This document shows positions 16,323 through 22,095 of a stretch of DNA of 22,095 bases, piece after piece. The DNA is from Planctomycetota bacterium. GTDB lineage: Bacteria; Planctomycetota; SZUA-567; H5-PLA8. Position 1 is the stretch's first letter. Each line of letters begins with the position of its first letter. Both the position numbers and the translations under genes were made by a program. The stretch is from assembly GCA_045863855.1 (NCBI GenBank), contig BTVV01000103.1:1-22095 (forward strand), in the 5' to 3' direction. A model generated the notes under the pieces. That model was given only the letters and a program-made list of their open reading frames with translations, had not been told where the DNA came from and did no database searches.

Positions 16323-18062
16323 TTAACTCGGATCGGCGATGCGGCCCATAAACAGGATCGCGCCGGACACTTCATCCCGGAGCAGCAACAGGTACGGCTG
16401 ATCGGCGTAGAATTCGGCCGAGATTTCTTCTTCCTTCAGTTCGAATAGGGTCGCGGCGGCCGCGCGGGTGCCCACTTCGTCCATTTCCAGCACGGCTTCG
16501 TGCAATGCGCGGCTTAAAAACAGCTTCCCGTCCGCAACGATGCCCGTGAAATCGGCCCGACCGAGCTTGAACGCGTCGGGCATGCCCAGCACGCCCAGCG
16601 GAGGAATCAGGTCGGCGCGAGCGCGCAGTTTGAGCCGCGGAAGGAGCACGCTGGCCTTTTTCTTCCGCAAGCTCTTCCGCCATGCGTCGAAATCCGCCTG
16701 ATTCAGGCCGGCCTCGACCGCGCCGAGGCCGTGGCGGGCCGCGGGCAGGATGAAATAAGCCGCCACCGTCGCGCCCTTGTAGGGCAACCGCAGAACCTTG
16801 ACCTTCGCGTTCTCGCAGAAGGACACGTCCTCGTGCTTCCACATCATGGGGACCGTGACGCGGTCGCCGGCCTTGCGCTCGAACGCCCGGTCTTCGGTGT
16901 GCTTCTTCTCGAAGGGTTTCGCCCAATCGCCTTTGAAGTAGATGGCATTGACGAGCAGCAGCCGAGTCTCCGCATCGATCTCGCCCTGCCTGAGCATCTC
17001 GGGGATCATGCGCTCGGTCCGTTCGGCGATCCATGCGTTGACGGCCGTGCGCGCGTCCTCCGGTTGCCGGTTGAAGTCCAGCCACTCGGTCGGCGCGCCA
17101 AAATACTGCCGCGTCGCCGCGACATAACGCGGCTCAATCGGCAAGCCCTGCTGCGCCCAGATTCGATTGGCCACGCGCAGCACATACGGCTTGGCCTCGC
17201 CGTCGATGGTGTTCTGCTCGGACAGCAGCGCGGCGTAAGACCCCGCAAGCCGCTCCCCGCCAAAAGGCGCATGCAGCACCTTTCCGATCTGCTCGGCCGT
17301 CGCCCCGCGCGCGCCGGGATGCAGCATGCCCAGCGCCGTGCTGACGCTGTACGGGCTGAAGAAAAGGTTGCCCTCTTGTTGGCGGAACTGCCCGAAGAGG
17401 TCCATCGCGAACGCGTTGCCGGCCCGCGCGAGCGCGTCCTTGTCCGCGGCGTTCAACTTTTCCACCGGAGGCAGCGACGGCTCTTCACCGCGCGTATCGG
17501 CCACCGGCCCGGGGTTCGCGGTCCGTACGTTCGGGTCCGCGCCTTCGCTCCGATTCGAAACGATCAGCGTGCCTAAGGCCATCAGCAGCGCGATCGCAGT
17601 CAGGCTTACCTTCTGCATGGTCGTCCATCCTCCCGTATCGGGCGGCGGGGCCGGAAGCGGCTTACGCGCGCTGTCCAGCAACTCCCGCCAACCCTGTTTT
17701 TGGGAGGCACTCGGCAAAGCGGCCGGCTCGGCGGCTTCGGCGGACGATCCGCCGAAGAGCGCGCCAAGTTGCTCGAACGTAAGGAAGAGACCCAGGACCG
17801 CCAGCCGCCGGCGCAGCGTCTCGAGCCCGCGGTGCGCGCGGGCCTTCGCCGTGCCGACGGGGACGTCGAGCTGCGCGGCCACCTGCGCGTACTCGAGCCC
17901 GCCGAAATAGTGGAGCATCAGCGGCTGGCGCTGTTCGTCGGGCAGGCGGGCCAGTTCGGCCAGCGCGGCATCGCGTTGAGCCTCGTCGGCCGGTTCCTGC
18001 CCTCCGCGTTCCGCGCCGGCACGCTCGTCGCGAGCTTGGGCGCGTTTACGCGAACGCAGCAT
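16323..18062 (-). CDS. ECF sigma region 4 + hydrophobic helix + serpin (downstream part of a sigma-serpin fusion)
   Basis: LARLPDEQRQPLMLHYFGGLEYAQVAAQLDVPVGTAKARAHRG (sigma4); serpin motifs NLFFSPYSVSTALGM, GARGATAEQI, LLLVNAIYFKGDW, VTVPMM, LRLPY, EVGTRAAAAT hinge, FYADQPY, ILFMGRI. Confidence 0.9.
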   Translation of the reverse strand: MLRSRKRAQARDERAGAERGGQEPADEAQRDAALAELARLPDEQRQPLMLHYFGGLEYAQVAAQLDVPVGTAKARAHRGLETLRRRLAVLGLFLTFEQLGALFGGSSAEAAEPAALPSASQKQGWRELLDSARKPLPAPPPDTGGWTTMQKVSLTAIALLMALGTLIVSNRSEGADPNVRTANPGPVADTRGEEPSLPPVEKLNAADKDALARAGNAFAMDLFGQFRQQEGNLFFSPYSVSTALGMLHPGARGATAEQIGKVLHAPFGGERLAGSYAALLSEQNTIDGEAKPYVLRVANRIWAQQGLPIEPRYVAATRQYFGAPTEWLDFNRQPEDARTAVNAWIAERTERMIPEMLRQGEIDAETRLLLVNAIYFKGDWAKPFEKKHTEDRAFERKAGDRVTVPMMWKHEDVSFCENAKVKVLRLPYKGATVAAYFILPAARHGLGAVEAGLNQADFDAWRKSLRKKKASVLLPRLKLRARADLIPPLGVLGMPDAFKLGRADFTGIVADGKLFLSRALHEAVLEMDEVGTRAAAATLFELKEEEISAEFYADQPYLLLLRDEVSGAILFMGRIADPS

Positions 18063-18353
18063 CTACAGCGCCGCGTTGCACGCCAGCTTCAGCAGCCAGC
18101 CGCGGGCGGCCGTGTCGGCCTCCGCTTCCGGCGGTTTGAATTGGCCGGCGTGATCGCGCACGAGCAGCAGCGCCTCCTGGGTCGCATCCTCGGCCAGCCC
18201 CTCGTCGCGCAGGATCTGCCGCGCGACGGCGAAGATCTCGCCGCCGTGCCGCTCGACCAGCACCGTCCACGCCTCGGGGTCGCGCCGCTGCGCGAGCCGC
18301 CGGAGCGCTTCGGCCGTACCGAGCGCGAAAGGGGTTTCCACCGGGTGCCTCAT
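18063..18353 (-). CDS. ECF sigma factor region 2, ending at an in-frame TAG directly followed by the sigma4-serpin ORF
   Basis: RDPEAWTVLVERHGGEIFAVARQILRDEGLAEDATQEALL...RGWLLKLACNAAL*; junction reads CTG TAG ATG CTG CGT. Confidence 0.8.
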   Translation of the reverse strand: MRHPVETPFALGTAEALRRLAQRRDPEAWTVLVERHGGEIFAVARQILRDEGLAEDATQEALLLVRDHAGQFKPPEAEADTAARGWLLKLACNAAL

Positions 18354-18426
18354 CTCGTACCTGACCCAGGAATGCCGCCGAGCCGGAGGGAGTTGCAAAA
18401 ATCCGGATATTTTTCGAACCGGCTCC

Positions 18427-18957
18427 CTACTTTACGACTTCCAGAACCGCCTTAAGGTTGCGCGCGCGCCAGATGAAGCAGAAGTGCTTTTCCCATAGAT
18501 TCGGCCAAAGCGCATAGTGCACCTTGCCCATCAAATCCCAAAGCCCGCTGCCGAAGGTCAGATCCACCTGCCGGGTTTTCATGCAGCGGTCGGTGTAATG
18601 ATGCTTTTTCGACGTATCGAAAAACTCGAAGCTGCGCCGTGCGAAGTGGCGCGTATGCGTCGGATCTTCCCACGAATTGAGGCTCGAAAAATGGGGCGTC
18701 AGCAGTTCGACGCTCGCACCGTGCCGCGAGACGCGGTGAATCTCGTTCATCACGCCGACCAGATCGTTCAGATGCTCCAGCACGTGGCTGCAGACGATCC
18801 GGTCGAAGCGGTTCTCTTCCAGCGGCCAGGGCAGCTTGTTCAGATCGTGGACGATATCCACCTGCGGGCCGGGCAGGATATCGATACCCACCGCGCCGGG
18901 GGTTTTGGAATTTCCGCAGCCGATATCGAGGATGGAGCCTGCCGGAAGCGTGGACAT
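18427..18957 (-). CDS. Class I SAM-dependent methyltransferase
   Basis: ILDIGCG, VGID, DIVHDLNKLPWP, FDRIVCSHVLEHL, EIHRV, DPTH. Confidence 0.9.
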   Translation of the reverse strand: MSTLPAGSILDIGCGNSKTPGAVGIDILPGPQVDIVHDLNKLPWPLEENRFDRIVCSHVLEHLNDLVGVMNEIHRVSRHGASVELLTPHFSSLNSWEDPTHTRHFARRSFEFFDTSKKHHYTDRCMKTRQVDLTFGSGLWDLMGKVHYALWPNLWEKHFCFIWRARNLKAVLEVVK

Positions 18958-18964
18958 GGGCGAG

Positions 18965-18993
18965 AGTGTGCGGAGCGTTCGCATGCTTGTCAA
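18965..18993 (-). promoter_or_regulatory. Putative sigma-70 promoter of the methyltransferase gene (leaderless geometry)
   Basis: Minus strand TTGACA-N17-CACACT-N7-ATG. Confidence 0.6.
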
Positions 18994-19025
18994 GGCGAGT
19001 CGAGTGCACGAATCTTCGACTGTCC

Positions 19026-19054
19026 TTGACGCGTTCGCACGGGTGCCCTACACT
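19026..19054 (+). promoter_or_regulatory. Putative sigma-70 promoter of the isomerase/epimerase gene
   Basis: TTGACG-N17-TACACT. Confidence 0.65.
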
Positions 19055-19155
19055 TCTTGCTTCCCTTCGGCGCACGAAGGCTCAAGGGAAGCCCTGGGAT
19101 CCTGGGATTCCGGCGGCTCCGGTTGGGCATTACCTTTTTGGGGGTGAGCCGACAA

Positions 19156-20007
19156 ATGGCCACCATTGCTGCGAATACGTACAACTTTAAACTCAGCTTC
19201 TCGACGACACTCTGTCCGGAGTGGACGGCGGCGGCGATCATCGACGGCATGCAGTCGTACGGCTTCGAGGGCGTGGAGTTCTGCCTCGGGAAGAGCCACC
19301 TGCACGGCGTGGAACTGGACAGCCCGGCCGATCTGCTTGCCGACGTACGCAAGCAGTTCGACGAAGCCGGCACCGCGATCTCCTGCTTGGCCACGCATAA
19401 CGTGATCTCGCATCCGGAGCACGATACCCGGGTCAAGATCGTCGAAGGCCTCAAGCAGTGCCTGCGCGTGGCCGATCAGTTGGGCGCGCCGTTCGTGCGC
19501 GTCTTCGGCGGCGAAGTCCCGGCCGGCTTCGAAGTCACCGGCGTAGTCGATTACATCGCCGAAAGCTTGGGCGAAGTTGCCGAGTTCGCCGAAAGCCAGA
19601 AGGTCCGCAGCATGATTCTCGTCGAGACCCAGGGGCTGCTCAGCCATTCCAAGTTCATTACCGAAGTCCTCGATCAGGTCTACAGCCCCAAAATCGGCGT
19701 GCTCTGGAATACGCTCAACCCTGTGCGCATGCTGGAGAAAGTCGAACAGACCTACGACCGCATCGGTTCCAACGTGCGGTTCGTGCACCTCGCCGACGGC
19801 CAGTTCAACGAAGACCGCACCAAGATCTCCCTATGCGATCCGGGCGAAGGCATGGTGCCCATGGAGCGCGTGGTGGATCTGCTGCGCGCGGGCCTGTACC
19901 GCGGCTACCTCTCCATCGAGTCGATGCATGCGGAGCCCGATCCGGACGAGTTGCTCCCGAAGTATTCCGGTTATTTGAAACAGATCGCAGGACAACAGGA
20001 AGAGTAA
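19156..20007 (+). CDS. Sugar-phosphate isomerase/epimerase family TIM-barrel protein (AP endonuclease 2-like)
   Basis: LSFSTTLCPEW, GFEGVE, LGAPFVRVFGG, ILVETQG, FVHLADG, PGEGMVP, YRGYLSIE. Confidence 0.85.
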   Translation: MATIAANTYNFKLSFSTTLCPEWTAAAIIDGMQSYGFEGVEFCLGKSHLHGVELDSPADLLADVRKQFDEAGTAISCLATHNVISHPEHDTRVKIVEGLKQCLRVADQLGAPFVRVFGGEVPAGFEVTGVVDYIAESLGEVAEFAESQKVRSMILVETQGLLSHSKFITEVLDQVYSPKIGVLWNTLNPVRMLEKVEQTYDRIGSNVRFVHLADGQFNEDRTKISLCDPGEGMVPMERVVDLLRAGLYRGYLSIESMHAEPDPDELLPKYSGYLKQIAGQQEE

Positions 20008-20137
20008 TCGGCCGGACCGCGGGAATCAGACCTCCCCGAGTCCTGTTTACAACCTCGCGCCCTTCCCGTAGGGTGATGCCCGGTTCGCCGCGTGGCGAGA
20101 CGTTTATCCGGGCAACCCTGGAGCGTACCAACCCGAG

Positions 20138-21547
20138 ATGAGCACCCCCGTGGCACGCCCGCTGAGCGTGGCCATCGTCGGCGCCGGCCCCAGCGGCTTT
20201 TACGCTGCCGAAGCGCTGCTCGCATCGGGCCGCGAAGTCCGCTGCGATGTCTTCGACCGCCTCCCCACACCCTACGGGCTCGTGCGCGGCGGCGTGGCGC
20301 CCGATCACCAAAACATCAAGAAGGTCGTGGCGCTGTACGAGAAGATTGCGCGCAAATCCGGCTTCCGCTTTTTCGGCAACGTCCGCCTGGGCCGCGACCT
20401 GCAGACCGCCGACCTCTTCGCCGCTTACGACGCCGTCGTCTACGCCGTCGGCAACGAAGACGACCGCCCGTTGGGCATTCCCGGCGAAGAACTGGCCGGG
20501 AGCCATTCGGCCACCGAATTCGTCTTCTGGTACAACGGGCATCCCGACTACAAGCACCTGCGCTTCGACCTGAACGTCGAGAACGCCGTGGTGGTCGGCA
20601 TCGGCAACGTGGCGATGGACGTCGCCCGCGTGCTCGCGCAAGATCCCGAAGACCTCGCCAAGACCGATATGCCGCGCTACGCCGTCGATGCGCTTCGCGC
20701 AGCCACGAAACTCAAACGTATTTACGTCCTGGGGCGCCGCGGCCCCGCGCAGGCGGCCTTCACGCCCAAGGAAATCAAGGAATTGGGCGAACTGAAGCAC
20801 GCCGACTTGCTCTTCGAGCCCAACGAAGCCGCTCTCGATCCGCTCAGCGCCGCGTGGCTCGAGCAGTCCAAGGATCCCAACGCGCTCAAGAACATGGAGT
20901 ACGTGCGCGAACACGCCCACGACGCGGCCGAAGGCAAGCCGCGGCGGATCCACATGCGCTTTCTGGTCTCGCCCACCGAATTTGTGGGCGATCCCGACGG
21001 GAGGCTGGCGCAGGTCCGGATCGAGCGCAACGTGCTCCAGGAAGACGGCAAGGGCGGGCTGCGCCCGCGCGGCACCGGTACCTTCGAACTCCTCGATGCC
21101 GGGCTGGCCTTCCGCGCCGTGGGCTACCGCGGAATCCCGATTCCGGGCGTACCCTTCGACGCGCGCAGCGGCACCGTACCCAATCGCGAAGGGCGCGTCC
21201 TGGTCGAAGCCGGCAAGCAGGAGGCCGTCCCCGGCGCCTATGTCGTCGGCTGGGCCAAGCGCGGGCCTTCGGGGCTGATCGGGACCAATAAGCTCGATTC
21301 GGCGGCGACCGTAAAGGCTTTGCTGGACGACTTCCCTGTCGGCGCAGCCGGACCAAGTGCGTCCGAACAGAAACAGCCCGAGGCCATCGTGAGACGGTTG
21401 CGCGAACGCGCCGTCCGCTATGTGACGTTCGAAGATTGGCTGCGTCTGGATGCCGAAGAACTCCGCCGCGGCGCGGCCGCGGGCAAGCTGCGCGAGAAGT
21501 TCACCGATATCGCCGAGATGCTGGCGTTTCTGGACCGGCAGGGCTAA
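20138..21547 (+). CDS. Ferredoxin-NADP+ reductase, adrenodoxin-reductase/FprA type
   Basis: VAIVGAGPSGFYAA, PTPYGLVRGGVAPDH, FVFWYNGHPD, VGIGNVAMDVAR, GRRGPAQAAFT, GWAKRGPSGLIGTN. Confidence 0.93.
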   Translation: MSTPVARPLSVAIVGAGPSGFYAAEALLASGREVRCDVFDRLPTPYGLVRGGVAPDHQNIKKVVALYEKIARKSGFRFFGNVRLGRDLQTADLFAAYDAVVYAVGNEDDRPLGIPGEELAGSHSATEFVFWYNGHPDYKHLRFDLNVENAVVVGIGNVAMDVARVLAQDPEDLAKTDMPRYAVDALRAATKLKRIYVLGRRGPAQAAFTPKEIKELGELKHADLLFEPNEAALDPLSAAWLEQSKDPNALKNMEYVREHAHDAAEGKPRRIHMRFLVSPTEFVGDPDGRLAQVRIERNVLQEDGKGGLRPRGTGTFELLDAGLAFRAVGYRGIPIPGVPFDARSGTVPNREGRVLVEAGKQEAVPGAYVVGWAKRGPSGLIGTNKLDSAATVKALLDDFPVGAAGPSASEQKQPEAIVRRLRERAVRYVTFEDWLRLDAEELRRGAAAGKLREKFTDIAEMLAFLDRQG

Positions 21548-21552
21548 AGCCC

Positions 21553-21682
21553 AATCGCCAAGCACGCAAGCAGGGGAACGGTTCTAAGATCGGTCGCTCG
21601 CACCCTTGCCTCGCCGGTACGGCTACCGAGCTCGTACTACCATTCGCCAGTTGGCGTGCTTTATCTTGGCGTCTTGGCGGTT
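21553..21682. repeat. Imperfect inverted repeat built from short 9-nt-period units
   Basis: AATCGCCAAGCACGCAAG (21553-21570) versus CTTGGCGTCTTGGCGGTT (21665-21682), in the gap between convergent genes. Confidence 0.45.
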
Positions 21683-21692
21683 AACGGCGCGC

Positions 21693-22095
21693 TTATTGCC
21701 CGCGCACCTGCGGTAGTTCGATCGTCTTGGTGCCTTTCACGATCAGGACGAACGGGCCGCTTTCGGTGATCTGATACGAGGTCTTCTTCTCTTTCTTCCC
21801 GTTCACCTGGATCTCCAGGTTGTTCTTCATCACCGAGACCACGATAGCGTCCTTCGGATAACCATCGGGCATCGGGCTGGTGTGCGCCTTGTACGGCTCC
21901 CAGTTGCTCCCGCCGCCCATCGTCCACATCTCCGAAGGCGCGTAGATATCGACCTTGTTGCCCTTCACGAGCGCGCCGAAGCCGGATGCCGAGCCGCTGA
22001 ACGAACTGCTGTAACCGGGAAAGCGCCGCATCTCGGCGGCCTCGGATTCGGACTGTTTGTTGTTGCGGCAGAAGAGCGACACCTGCCCGTCCGCG
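21693..22095 (-). CDS. Hypothetical protein, C-terminal part (probably starts beyond the right edge)
   Basis: Frame is open to the window edge, has GC3-rich codons and ends in TAA at 21693; no recognisable motif. Confidence 0.65.
   Translation of the reverse strand, partial: ADGQVSLFCRNNKQSESEAAEMRRFPGYSSSFSGSASGFGALVKGNKVDIYAPSEMWTMGGGSNWEPYKAHTSPMPDGYPKDAIVVSVMKNNLEIQVNGKKEKKTSYQITESGPFVLIVKGTKTIELPQVRGQ

Noticed and set aside
18063..18065. Genome-wide TAG reassignment or pyrrolysine as the explanation for the sigma stop
   Set aside because: Several genes in the window end at TAG at their expected C-termini, and no pyl genes are visible.
14037..18353. Peptidase MA-like gene and serpin as a protease-inhibitor pair
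   Set aside because: They are separated by two genes in different transcription units, and serpins inhibit serine/cysteine proteases, not zinc peptidases.
19805..21565. 586-aa minus-strand ORF and 399-aa plus-strand alternative ORF
   Set aside because: Shadows of the ferredoxin-NADP+ reductase gene.
1..22095. CRISPR arrays, tRNA/rRNA, transposases, integrases, prophage or defence genes
   Set aside because: No repeat-spacer periodicity, tRNA-like sequence or relevant protein motifs were seen by eye.

Overview
A GC-rich bacterial chromosomal window with no mobile element, RNA gene or CRISPR array that I can see. The DUF1570-like peptidase and the ECF sigma factor with a C-terminal extension suggest Planctomycetota or a related PVC lineage (inference). 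Housekeeping and metabolic genes: purA (runs off the left edge, absent from the ORF track), a PfkB/KdgK-like kinase, bcp, long-form hisG, two AraC regulators, an SDR, a SAM methyltransferase, a TIM-barrel isomerase/epimerase and an FprA-type ferredoxin-NADP+ reductase. The most striking locus is 16323-18353 (-): an ECF sigma factor continuing in frame through a hydrophobic helix into a complete serpin with an inhibitory-type hinge. It has one in-frame TAG between sigma regions 2 and 4, and an internal SD+ATG that could yield a stand-alone secreted serpin. It is a candidate protease-sensing membrane-tethered sigma factor. Other unusual items: a single-ring ClpA/C-D2 ATPase with an LGF loop behind a sigma-54-type promoter, a Cys-rich/cNMP/DUF4388 fusion, a NifU-hemerythrin fusion, and a terminator-like hairpin in the purA leader.
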